Shown here in pieces: positions 32,061-47,179 of a DNA stretch of 64,000 bases. The position numbers and the translations under genes were made by a program. Each line of letters begins with the position of its first letter. Within the stretch, counting starts at the first letter, position 1. The notes under the pieces were generated by a model. It had not been told where the DNA came from. It ran no database searches and saw nothing but the letters and a program-made list of their open reading frames with translations. The DNA lies in the NCBI RefSeq assembly GCF_009914755.1, contig NC_060930.1; one strand, given 5' to 3'. The stretch is from the human T2T-CHM13v2.0 reference genome, Homo sapiens.

Positions 32061-33745
32061 ACTCCTGCTGTCTCTGCTCAGGTTTTTTTTTATTTAATTT
32101 TTTAGTCTGGCTTATGTCTACATAGCTTAGTGGTAAGCCAATGATTTCCACATTGGTTATGCTTAGATACCTTAAATTTGTAAGGCTTCCATGATTTCTG
32201 GTATTGGAAACTGAATTTAAAGTTGCCACCAGTTCTCAAGTTTCCTTGGCTTTTGATTTTCACTGGACTTTCTTCCTGCCCTGTCCCCTACCCTGCTTCC
32301 CCTCCTAGTATGTATGTTATTTCCCAGTCGGCCATGGATATGTGAGAGTTTATCTGAGCCCTTATTTCCTGGATCTCACTGTTAAATTTCTTGCCATTGT
32401 ATTAACTGGGGCTACAACCTCAGGCAAGTAAAGCTGTGGGTTTTCCTATTTGTTCTCTTTTGAATTTCCCACCTTTAACTGTCAAACCATGGATTTTCAT
32501 TGTTCCTTTTCCTTCTTGCCTACACCCTCCAGTTCCAGATTGAGTCCGTATCTTTTGGCAGCAAGTAGCAAATCATCTAATTTTTGCTGTCAGAGCTATA
32601 CTGGTAAAATGTAAGTTCTCTCCAGTTGATTGGGGTGGGCATTGGGAGCAGTCCCAGGCAAGAAGGCCATAGACCTTTGCCATTCTTACTGAAAGCTCTA
32701 GCTTTTTTTTTGTTGTTTTCTTTAAGAATAATTGTCCGCCTTTGGTCAGTATCTAGTGTTCTTGAATGGTTGGTTTTGTCCAATTTAACATGTTTTTTAT
32801 AGAGAAGATTTGCCACCCTCTTTACATCACTATTGGTTTGGAGTTCCTTCTTGTCATTTTTTATGGAAGATAATTTATTGCTTCTTAGGTAATACAGGAA
32901 TGTGTGTTCCTCTGCTTGGCCCATTCACTCTACCAGTATGGACTTTTAGAAGGACTTTGTTATGGAAATAATTTTTTCAATAGTACTGCTGGACAGGACT
33001 GCCTGATCCAGTTTCCTTATTTGACAAATGAAGGAATTTAGCACTGGAGAGGTTGTATAACAGACAAGTTAGTGGCAGAATTGAGGATGTTAACAACTAT
33101 TGGAACCTTAGTCTCTTGGATTATAGTATCTTTTTTCTGTACTCTTCAAATTTTATTTTTAAGCTATTGAAATACCCTTGTCCTTTTTTTCCCCAAGTCA
33201 GGTCTCATATGGAAACCAGTTCATGAAAGAGATAAAAATTGACCTTGTCCTTGTTGAGGCAGATGCTTGGTCTCCTTTTCCTCTCTGAGGCTGCTCTGGC
33301 TCTGGGGACCAAGGAAGACATTTGTGATGTATGGCTAGGAGTTGGTCTTTTTGGGTTCATAGCTGTAAAATGAGGTGCATGAGGGAAGGAAGGAGAATAG
33401 ATATTTTAAAATTTCCTTTTCGTCTCTGAAGTTATTCAATTCTGTGGCCAGAATCAAGCAGTCACACCTTTAGAACTGTAGTAACTTTCCCAGGATTCCA
33501 AGAGAACACCTACATTGAGTCTTAAAAGATACATGTGATTTTGGGGGCACCTATTGGGTATAGTGTGGGAGGTGGGTTACCCTTTCTTATCAGGTAATCA
33601 ATCAAGTTAAACAGACTTTTGAGAAAACTTCCACATTTGGAATGAGCATAGATATTAAAGTATGTATTACAGAGTTGGGGGTGGGGCATGGAGACATACA
33701 GATAAAACTTCTGAAGAAAACAGGTAGTTTAAAGAACCAATTTGA

Positions 33746-33940
<195 letters not shown>

Positions 33941-34603
33941 TAAGTAATTAAAAGCGTACTGACTTTGTTTAGATTCAGCAAGTGTTTCTTGAGTTCAGCA
34001 CTGTACTAGATCTGGTGGGGATTTCCAAAGAATTATAATACTGGATCCTTTACCTCAGTTATTTCACAGTACCACTGGTAAAATAAAGTCATACATAAAT
34101 GAGTTAGACACAAGAGAGTGTATAGTTGTGCAGATGTTTGGTATTGCCACTGATTACCTTAGGAGATCAGGAGTGAGAGATAACTGTAAAGGGTGTGGCT
34201 TGATCCGCAGATACATAAAATGGGTAGTTTTCTTATTTAGAGAAAAGGCGAGAAGGGGGGAAAAAGAAAACCTGGGGTGTGTTTTAAAGAAATAAGGAAC
34301 TAGCCACACCAGAGCAGACAGTGTTAGGCAGTAGTATGAGATGAAATCAAATAGTTCAGAGGTGTCAAGGCTCAGAAATCTTTAAATGCCAGCATAGGAA
34401 TGTGTGTAGTGGTAGGCAGGCAATAGGAAACGTGTTGAGCCTGTGTATTATGTGGGAATGGTGATTTTGGAAGATTTGTTTAGCAGCTTATGCACTAGAG
34501 TGGATTGAATTTGGGAAGGGATGAGATTAAAAAGACAAGTGAAGAGGCCATAACTATAATTTAAGGGAGAATACATTGAAGAGAATGAAATTGCTTATTT
34601 AGA

Positions 34604-34828
34604 ACAGTTTAGGCAAACTTTTTTTGTAAAGGGCCAGATAGTAAATATTTTAGGCTTTTCAGGCCGTACAGTCACTTGCAACTGCTCCTCTCTATTGCAT
34701 CTATGCAACTCTGCTGCTATAGCTAAACAACCATGGATGATATGTAAACAAGCATTGTGACCGTGTTCTGATAAAACTTTGTTTACAAAAACAAGTATCA
34801 GGCTCCTGGGCTGTATTTGCTGACCCCT
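34604..34828. mobile_element. MER58A-like hAT-Charlie MITE
   Basis: ggcaaacttttt..gtaaagggccagatagtaaatattttaggcttt ... tttgctgacccct. Confidence 0.8.
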
Positions 34829-35319
34829 AATTTAGAATAAAGGAGAGACATAGTAGCCTTAAAATATATGTAAATGCTGGGTCTTGGAGAATACTACAAA
34901 TTCTCTCTCTCATGACAGGTATTTACCATGTATAATTGCAGGCATAGCACTTTACTAATTGCGATAAAATTAGAGATGAAATGACTCCTAAGTTTTTAAG
35001 CTTAAGTGACTAAGTGATTATGATATTATTGAGAGGAAACCAGAAAGTGAAGGGAATATTCATTTTTGAAGGGAAGATGCAGATGATTTTGAGGCCATAG
35101 TCTATTTGGATGGATACACTTAGTGTAGAACAGATAAAGATGTAGAATTGATGCTTGAGTGAGAAGTCAAGGCTAAAGATACATGTTTGGGGATCATTAT
35201 AACCTGGGAAGTAGTTGAACCTGTGAGAATATAGAGTATCTCTCCAAGATGTATGAAGGGGTCTTTTAAGCTTGTGGGCAGGAGGGACAAAGTATGAAAA
35301 AGAGAAGAGAACGTGTAGC

Positions 35320-35455
35320 ATGTTAGAGTTGGAAAGGACTCTAAATCATCTGGTCCCACCTTCTCATTTTATAGATAAGGAAAATAGGGAAGAGAGACAT
35401 TGTTCAAGCTTGTCACAAAGTGAATTAGAACCCAGATCTCCAGACTCAGAGTTTC
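35320..35455 (-). mobile_element. MIR fragment
   Basis: ctcattttatagataaggaaa ... gtcaca ... tagaacccagatctccagactc MIR core. Confidence 0.65.
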
Positions 35456-37010
35456 TTTATGGTGGGAGTATGTTTCTCTTACCTGGTTTTCTCCAAGGGT
35501 TTTCAAGTCATTTCAGGTTGTCTCCAAGTATGGCAGCAGTGATGCTGTGTACAGTTGGGAGTGGTTTGGAGGGAAGAACAGAAGGATTTTGGTTTGAATC
35601 TTGACTATACAGCTCTATAACTTGACTTTGGCAAGTTATTTAAACTCTCTATATTTGTACAAAGGGCATGTTAATGTGGAGTTGAGAATTTAAATCTGAT
35701 AATGGACAAGATATGAAGCACGTAACAGGCTCTTCCTTTGACCTATGTACATGTCTATGATAGCTATATCACATTATACTGAGGTTTGCTTTGTATTTGT
35801 GTACCCTCTATGAGACTGAGCACTGTGATGGCAGGGAAAATGTTAATCATAATACAGAGAAGGGAAGGGTGGGGTTCTGACAGAACAGACTGAGAAATAG
35901 CAACAGAGCTTCTGAGGCATTGAGGAGTAGTGGCACTATATTGAAGAGTCGTAGGAGATGAGGTTGATTGAAGGGGTAAGATGAGGAAGACTTAGGGAAG
36001 TTGAGAGTTTGAGGACATTTGAAGCAAGCTTTAGCAAGAATAATGCATTAAATTTGTTCTTTGAGCATATTATTTCAGAGGTGTGAATAAGACTTAAGGT
36101 TGATAGCAGAGATTATTAAGAGATGATGAGGAATTAGAAGTGGATGACTTATTGCAGAATTTCTGGCAGTCTGAGGAAGGATAAAGAAAAGTATAGCTAA
36201 AGACAGGCAGGAGTCCTTTCAAGGTAGGTTTGTTCACTCTTTTTTTGTGGTGCATGTGACTGTAGGACTCTGACTGTGACTCTTCTATTCTGACCAGGTG
36301 TTTGACCCTGATACTATTTGGAATTCCCACATTATAAAGCTACATAAATTACAGATGTTTTTCATGTTACTTATTTAAAATTAATAGTTACTTCTAATAC
36401 ATAAAAGGGAACCCTCTGATTGTGTATTCAGTCTATCTTTAAAGTGCTTATTTTCACACTGTAATTGCCCTTGAGTAATTGGAAATGGTGGAGGTAAGTG
36501 TTGATTTCTAGGTTGCTCACAACATGGCTACAATATTTCATCATGTTTGGATGCTGTGTGGCTCTGCCCAACATTAAGCATGGCTTTCCTAAACTAAGTA
36601 ATATTGGCTTTACTCTGACCAAGGAGAAATTCTTTAATGGATTTAAATGAGATCCTTTATACATAGATCTCTAGCTTTGCATTAATCTGAGCTTACGCTT
36701 TAACAAGTTATGAATCTCTCATTACTAGTTGCTTTTCTTGTGGAAAAAGAGGCATATTAATTTTTTAGTTGATGATGACATTGTGTGTCCTTGTCATCTC
36801 ATTGTCCACAATGAGCTGAACAATCTTAGTAGAATTGTTTGGCATATTCTGCTTATAATTTACCCTCAGAGCAGAGGGAATAGCTATCTTCAATGAACAC
36901 TTGTCAATAAACAGTGAGTGCCACTACCCCTCGGTGCCTCAGAGGCTCTCTGCTATTTCCCAGTCAGTTCTGTCAGGGCCCCACCCTTTCAGTCTACATA
37001 TTATGATTAA

Positions 37011-37250
<240 letters not shown>

Positions 37251-37849
37251 TGGTCATTGGTTGCATAATTTGATTTGAGGCTTGTGGAGGAAAGGAACCA
37301 AGTGACTCTGATGTTTACAAAGCACCTATGAAACCCTGTACACACCTAGTTCATAATCCTCATAATTTATCAACAAACACAAAAAAGTGTCTTACTTGAG
37401 AGTGAGTGTGTGTGTGTGCGTGTGCACGTGCACACATGTGCACGTTTGTATGTATGGAAATAAACTTATAAATGGGGACGTATTGGAGAAGGAAATACAT
37501 AGACCTACAACTTTGAGCAAATAGCAGTGATGTTTTAGGAACTGAAATGTCACACTTAAAGTCTTCAGCCCAGCTACTTCCCTATTTTTGTGGGGAGAAG
37601 AGGGCCTGATTAGAACTGTTCTGGTTGTGTTTGGCGGGAGGGGAATAATTTTTGTTCAGTCCTTCTTAGTGACCAAACTTTAATTTTTAAGAATAATATA
37701 TTGACTTACTGAACTGAAGCATTCTGAGTTGAAAGGAGCTCCAGAGGAGTGGAGTTCTGTGTTGCTCACATGTTAAAATCTTGCTCACCTTCAGAGCAGA
37801 GGGAATACCTATCTTCAGATATCCGTCCATTTTCATCTCTTAATTGTAG

Positions 37850-37987
37850 TCAAAAGTATGACTTGAGAGTGTTGCTCTGGTATTCTGGGTTCTGAAGTCT
37901 GGTATTCTGGTATTCTGGGTTCAAAAGTATGACTTGAGAGTGTTGCTCTGGTATTCTGAGAGTTGCTCTGTATTCTGGGTTCTGAAG
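37850..37987 (+). repeat. Complex tandem duplication in the 3' UTR
   Basis: 38-nt exact repeat at 37850-37887 and 37921-37958, plus five TATTCTG copies. Confidence 0.9.
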
Positions 37988-40944
37988 ATTATTTGAAAAA
38001 TAACTCCTACTACATTGAAATGCAGACTTAAAAATTTAAACATTGGATTAGGCAGTCAAAAAAACCAAGCAAGCATAAAAGGTCAATAAGTTGTAATCTT
38101 GATAGTAAAGGTGGAAAACTTATTATAAATGGAAAGAAAGTTTTATTTCCTTTTTTGTTTGATGGGCAGTATGCCATATTATACCCAAAGTTCTTTTAAA
38201 AAATATTTCCATCAACCATTTTTATTTAAAATAAACATTTGAGGGAAGTTACCAAGGCAGCTTTTTTCCTCAAAAGTAACCTGTTCCTCTTTGGAATAGC
38301 ACATTTTAGGGGCATGGTTAATACCTGAGATTTTTACTCAGTAAATCCTGATGGTTACTGTGTGTAAAATATCTTTAAGTAGGATTGAAGGCCTCTGTGG
38401 GGGAATAAAATATTACCAAAGTCTATAAAAATAAATTTTACATGTTCTCTTTTATGACAGAGAGCAGCACTGGTTCTGTTATTTTTAAAATGAATAATTG
38501 ATTTCTTGATAGGTGTTTAATATTTCTTCCCTCACTGCTGATTCTTAGATAGAAACCATTCTTTATATTTGATAGACTGCTTTCAGAAAACCCTTATCAA
38601 CAAGTGTACAATACTTATCTAAAACTATACATTTAGAATGGAGCAGTTTAATACTAGATCTCAGAAGTTTTGAAAAATAGCAAAGAAGACTGGATTTGGA
38701 AAGCATGGTCTACAATTGGTTGTTAAATTCTGAAGCTATGAAGAATAAATGTTTCAACTTTGGATTATGAAACCCCATTTATGATTTTTTAAATACACTT
38801 GAAATAAAAATGATTAAACTAAATTTTGGTCCAGTGACATTACTTTGCACTGCATAATCCATTATACGTTGTACGACTTTTTTTTTTTTGTTTTAATTTA
38901 TTACTGAGAGTTTTGTGTGAAGCTACAGCATATCTAACCAGAGAATTTCTGATTCCTTATACTGTGATTATATTATATTGAGGCATTTGTAGTGCAGCTG
39001 AAGACTGAATTTATGCCTTTTGTAAACATGATAGGTATAAATGTCTTATAAACATTCTGGAGTATGTATAGCTTTAATGAATGAAATTTAATGGACCTGA
39101 TTAAAATGAAGGGATTTAATCGTTGTTAAAGTTAAGTTAGTCAAATAAATTACCTACTGGAATATAGCCCAAGCCAGTAAAGGTTTAATATTTGCATTTT
39201 CGTGCTTTTATTTTCTCCTTCCATTCATAAGTATATACTTGAAAGTACATCTGTAGCCTATGATTTGAGTCTCTTGAAGTTCTAGGAAGAGGCAAACTAC
39301 AAACTACTAGTATTCTGATTTCAGATGTAGTCATTCCAGAACCTTCTCTTTATGAGTTCACCTGCTAGTACAATCTCCACAACTTGAATGGCATTGGTTG
39401 TTCTGTAATTCCTGCCAAAAGCATCACAAGTTGTACATCATCAAGGCTCCCTTTGCACTCCCAAGAAGAACTGGTAATTTTAAACAAAAGTATGTGTCTT
39501 TATTTGTATTGGAAAATACTGTCTTTAAATTGTTTCTTGTTGACACTCCCCACAATGGAAAAATTACCGAATTAAACCTGTTTTATGGATGGCAGCTTGG
39601 AGCATAGCAAGAAGTTGGAGGATTTGAATTCCATTCCCAGTTCTCATTGTGTTTTGTTTCTTAAAACTATAATAATCGGTTACTGTTATAAAGTTTAAAA
39701 GGTGGTTTTAATGTGAATAGCAAATTCTGGTATATCGTGACTAACGCTTAAGAATGCCTGTCTTTGAGAGGAAGGTGTTATAATATTAATGAACAGTGCC
39801 AAATACACTGTGCATATCTGCAATTTAATCTTTGAATGTATGTTACTGGATTAGCTCCCTCCTCCTGTGTGATGGTACCATGCATAGAGTCAATCAAATC
39901 CTTGTGATGTTTTGTATGGACTTTGACAATATGTAAATAATGTGTAAAGCCAGTTTTTATGATTAAGGAATCAAATTTATTGAATTTTATTATTGAAAGT
40001 TGAAACTTAACATGTATGAACAAAAACCAATAAAAGAATATACTCTTTTCATTGACTATAGTATTATGTGAATGCTACATTTGTTCTGAACACTTAGGGG
40101 CTGCAAAAATGTAATAAGAAATGCATATGACTAGATAGCAATAGTGTTTTTTTTAGATGGTATGCTCTTGATTGAAATATATTCTCACTTTTACCAGGTT
40201 AAACATTTGGAATCTTATAATGTTACTTGCTTTTTGATAGATAATAGTGAAATAAATTCAGCTTTGCCATTGCTGGAGTTGTCAAAATTCCACAGTAATT
40301 AAAATTTGAATTTTTACCGAATATGAAATTTCCAAATTAAAAACGTATATGTGTACTCTTTTAAAAAGGAATTTGATAGTTCTTGTCAAATGAGAAAATT
40401 TAAAGGTAAGAGTTATGGTTTGTCTTATGCTGCATAGACTATTCACCTCCTAACTTGAAGGTCTAATCATAAGACAATTGTTTTTTTGTGCATAGTTTTC
40501 ATCTAAAATTAAGTTTACCAAAGGCAAATAACTGCTTACTAGGAACTTCCTTTAGCAAAAATTACTATAAAGTTCAGGACAGTTTGAAATAAAACCCAGG
40601 AAACAAGATTAATGTGAGCAGTTCTCCAAGATCCTAACTGGTGGGACATAAACTATGATGCAATGGATAGGAAAAGGTAGTGCAAAAAGAATTTCTTAAG
40701 GTTTAAAAAATACACTTTTCATTATAGGAAAAAGAAGATTCAGAGAAACAAAGGAATGTAACCTTATTGATTACATTTTTGGTGATCACCGAGAATTTTT
40801 TGTACTATATTTTAAAAAATGTATTCTACTGTAACAAGTTAATAAAGAGATTTTTTAAAAAACTATAAACTAGAAATTGAGAGTCTTGCATTCTCTTTTG
40901 TATTTGATTATTGTGTCTGGATATAAATTACAATAGCACATGAA

Positions 40945-40950
40945 AATAAA
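40945..40950 (+). terminator. NUS1: Candidate distal polyadenylation signal AATAAA
   Basis: AATAAA with upstream TGTA elements and downstream U-rich sequence; one of several candidates. Confidence 0.55.
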
Positions 40951-41440
40951 ATGTTTTAAAAAATTATAGTCCACATTCAGTTATTCTTAATATTTAATGT
41001 TGGCCCAAATTCTTCAAATAATTTTATGCTCATCTCTCCCTCATCTAGTGATTCAAGGACTGTTAAGTGAATTTTAGCATGACGTATCCAGATGATTGCA
41101 ACAAATAAAATGTACTCTGAGGTCAAACTATTAGCAATATCTGCTATTGACTGTTCATAGTCCCCTTCATTAGTATTAGTAATTTAAGTTGCTGTTACAA
41201 GGACAAGAAAAACATCTGGCTTGGAAAAGGCAATCCTGGAAAAAAAGAAAAATTCAGAATATGGATAAATGCTAACAGCATAGTTCTGTCCTTGTATAGA
41301 GTAATGTTTCCATTCCGATAAAGATTTATTTCAATTGCTATATCTTATGGATTTGGTTCTATGAGTGCTTTATTTTAATAAATGTGTATTTTTCAGTGTT
41401 AATTTATCAGTAACAGCTATACTTAATAAGTGCCTTAAAT

Positions 41441-41573
41441 TTCTTTCTTCTTTTTTTTAGAGATGAGATCTCACTGTATTGCCCAGGCTAGGCTTGAATT
41501 CGGTCTCAAGCGATCGTCCCACTTCAGCTTCATGAGTAGCTGGGCTGACAGGTTGTGTGCCACCATGCCAGGC
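41441..41573 (-). mobile_element. Alu monomer (FLAM-like)
   Basis: ~130-bp reverse-complement left-arm-type monomer. Confidence 0.75.
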
Positions 41574-41744
41574 AAATTTTTTATTTTACGTGAAATAGAA
41601 GTAGATATAGGTAATGATAATAGTAAGCAACTGTTATCACCATGTATTTTACTTAGATTTCAGACAATTAGAAAATAGGACATTCAGAAAAATGTGGAAG
41701 CTACTTACCTGGGGATGTTTGACATGGCATTCATTTTTCTAGTG

Positions 41745-41949
41745 CAGTGGTTCTCACCTGGAGTGATTTTGCCCCCCAGTGGACATTTGACAACTGGAGA
41801 CATTTTTGTCACAACTCAGGAGGTATACTAGTGGTATCAAGTGGGATGAGGCCAAGGATGCTGCTAAACATGCTGCAATACACAGGACAGCCCTTGCATC
41901 AAAGAATTAGCCTCAAATGTCAGTAGTGCCAAGTCTCAGAATCTTTGGT
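41745..41949. mobile_element. MER20 hAT DNA transposon
   Basis: cagtggttctca...gattttgcccccc...ggacattt...ggatgctgctaaacat...caaatgtcagtagtgccaag. Confidence 0.85.
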
Positions 41950-42374
41950 CTAGTGTGATTTCTATAATTTTGTCACTTAATTTGTGGGAAGGTGGGGTGG
42001 TACTGGATGTTGCCTAAAATTTATTCTATAGGTTAATTTTTTAAAACATCAGATTTATTTAGAATTCATTCTAGATCCTAAATTATATGTGCATATTTTA
42101 ATTGTATGAAATTATATATTAACATTTGCCCACTCATTAATTATATTCATTATATTCACATTTATCTTTGACATTTGACTACCAGTTTTCCAAAGTCTGT
42201 TGGTTTGTTATCTTAAGTTTATTTGAAAGAAAATGTGTTCTTTGACAGATAGTAATGTTTTATCCATATACAAAGTTATGAGAAATCTCATGCTTCAGAT
42301 AACCCATTGTATAAACATTAAATTAGCAGTTTCTCCCATTCATTCTGTAGGTAATTGTGATTTCCACAGTTTAA

Positions 42375-43700
42375 TGAGACAGGGTCTCACTCTGTCACCC
42401 AGGCTGGAGTGCAGTGGTGCAATCTCTGACCCCCAGGCTCCCACCTCAGCCTCCTGAGTAGCTGGGACCACAGGTGCACATTATCGGGGGAACCCGCCCC
42501 TGATAATTCTTCGTGGGTTCTTTTCTATTTTCCCTAAGTGCTGGCTGGTCTGAGAAATAAAGGGAAAGAGTACAAAAGAGAGAAATTTTAAAGCTGGGTG
42601 TCCAGGAGAGACATCACATGTCGACAGGTTCTGTGATGCCCCCCAAGCCGCAAAACCAGCAAGTTTTTATTAGTGATTTTCAAAAGGGGAGGGAGTGTAC
42701 GAATAGGGTGTGGGTCACAGAGGTTACCATGCTTCACAAGGTAATAAAATATCACAAGGCAAATAGAGGCAGGGCGAGATCACAGGACTAGGGTGAAATT
42801 AAAATTGCTAATGAAGTTTTGGGCACCCATTGTCATTGATAACATCTTATCAGGAGACAGGGTTTGAGAGTAGACAACCGATCTGACCAAAATTTATTAG
42901 GCGGGAATTTCCTCATCCTAATAAGCCTGGATACGCTATGGGAGACTGGGGCTTATTTCATCCCTTATCTACAACTGTAAAAGACATGTCCCTAGAGTGG
43001 CCATTTTAGAGGCCTATCCGTAGGAACGCATTCTCTTTCTCAGGGATGTTCCTTGCTGAGAAAAAGAATTCAGCGATATTTCTCCTATTTGCTTTTGAAA
43101 GAAGAGAAATATGGCTCTGTTCCGCCTGGCTCTCAGGCAGCCAGACCTAATGGTTATCTCCCTTGTTCCCTGAACATGGCTGTTATCCTGTTCTTTTTTC
43201 AAGGTGCCCAGATTTCATATTGTTTAAACAATTTGTGCAGTTAATGCAATCACCACAGGGTCCTGAGGTGACATACACCCTCAGTTTACGAAGATGACAG
43301 GATTAAGAGATTAAAGACAGGCACAGGAAATCACAAGGGTATTGATTGGGGAAGTGATAAATGTCCGTGAAATCTTCACAATTTATGTTCAGAGATTGCA
43401 GTAAAGATAGGCATAAGAAATTATAAAATATTAATTTGGGGAACTAATAAATGTCCATGAAATCTTCACAACTTATGTTCTTCTGCCATGGCTTCAGCCG
43501 GTCCCTCCATTCGGGGTCCCTGACTTCCCGCAAGACAACACCATGCCTGGCTTTTTTTTTTTTTTTTTTTTGTGGTTTTGGAAGAGACAGGGTCTCGCCA
43601 TGTTGCCCAGGCTGGTCTCAAACTCTTGAGCTCAAGCAATCTGCCTGCCTCAGCTTCCCAAAGTGTTGGGATTACTAGGCGTGAGTCACTGCGCCAGGCC
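42375..43700 (-). mobile_element. AluJ split by an LTR insertion (pieces 42375-42480 and 43536-43700)
   Basis: Alu text stops at caggtgcaca and resumes at ccatgcctggc after the LTR. Confidence 0.85.
42482..43535 (-). mobile_element. MER11 solo LTR (HERV-K11/HML-8 family)
   Basis: Minus strand begins ..TTGCGGGAAGTCAGGGACCCCGAATGGAGGGACCGGCTGAAGCCATGGCAGAAGAAC and ends ...GTTCCCCCGATA; ~1.05 kb. Confidence 0.9.
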
Positions 43701-45039
43701 AAAAAAATGATCTTTAAAATGTGTGTTTGTAACACAACTATGGCTTGTTTTTGAGGTCACATCTCCAAGAACAGACTAAATCACTGTTAAATTTCTTTAC
43801 CTATTGTTTTTAAATAATTCATCTTGTGGTCTTTTTTTAGCTTTCTGAAAGCACAACATTGAGGTGGTTTCAACCTTCTGTGATTTCCACAAATAAGTAA
43901 TTAGAGTGTTTTTTATAAAGGAATTTTGCTTGCCCTGGAGATCAATGACTTTTCTAGGGGATAATAAGAGGGAAATAAACCTGCTATTGTTCAGGTACAT
44001 ATGAGATGTAAATGTATATGAGAAACTAGTCCTCATAACTGTCATTGACTGGAGTGTGCAGGGCACACCAAATGTAAAGAATCCAGGAGATTAATAGGAA
44101 AGTACAGAAAATCTCCAGGCAAATGATTTCATTAAATATTAATTTATGAGTTACTTGGAAGCTGAAAGCTATCTATACATGAGTATGCAGAATATCAAAT
44201 TGGTTGCAAATCCAAACTCTATCAGATGTACTGTAAGGTATCAGATGCCTATTAGATGTTAAGACCAGCTACAATGCTCATAGCATATCAGTTGGTGATG
44301 CCTTTAATTATTTTAAAGGAAATAATCAGTTTCCCTACTGCCTACTCTTCTGAGCACTGGAAGAAAAAAAGCAAAGTTAACAAAATGAGCCTGTGTGCTT
44401 CAGAATTTGGACTTTTGTCAATTAAAAGGAGAAATAAGTATTACACATAAAACAGCACTACTTAGTTTCTAAACTGGTGATTATGTCCAAGAATTCTCTA
44501 TTTTAAAAAAATCTAATGTCCAAAAAGATGAACTTAGCTCTTGGTAGTTAAGCATGCTGCAAGGAGGCCTTCTCTAACTCTTGTCAATGTCATTTTTTCC
44601 TACCCCCAAATTCCCTGCCCTGTGTGAAGAAAAAAAAAAGTTTATTCCTTTTACTCCTTATCACAAGTAATAAGTAAGTTCACTCCTTATCACAAGCAAG
44701 CCTCACATTGTACCTCTGATACCATTTCTTCCTCTTTTCAGGATTTTTTTTTCCCTTCCAGTCTCTGTGCTATATTCTTCCCCTCAGCTACAGGTATTTT
44801 AGGTTTTTAACCTTTCTAATTCTTCGAGTCATGGCATCTCTCCTTTTCCTGCCACTGTTAAACGTCTTGAAAGCCTTTACCTATCTCCTTGTTACCTCAA
44901 AATTCCTGATCCTCTTACCCTGCTCCCATATTACTTATCACTTTCTAACATATATTTTATTTACTTATTAAGCTTAATTTTTAATAGCCTGCCTCTTACT
45001 AGAATGTGAGCTCAAAGTCAGGGCAGGAATTAAAAAAAA

Positions 45040-47160
<2,121 letters not shown>

Positions 47161-47179
47161 TTTTAATTAAAATTTTGCA

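Larger units (their letters stand above)
37251..40970 (+). other. NUS1: NUS1 3' UTR (long form; end approximate)
   Basis: AT-rich, transposon-poor stretch after the stop with many AATAAA hexamers; interspersed repeats resume after ~41.4 kb. Confidence 0.7.

Noticed and set aside
40656-40664. Perfect C/EBP-ATF (ATF4) element TGATGCAAT in the 3' UTR
   Set aside because: One 9-mer in 64 kb of AT-rich DNA is expected by chance; no supporting context
43340-43480. ~45-nt internal direct repeat in the MER11 LTR
   Set aside because: As I recall, intrinsic to the MER11 consensus, not locus-specific
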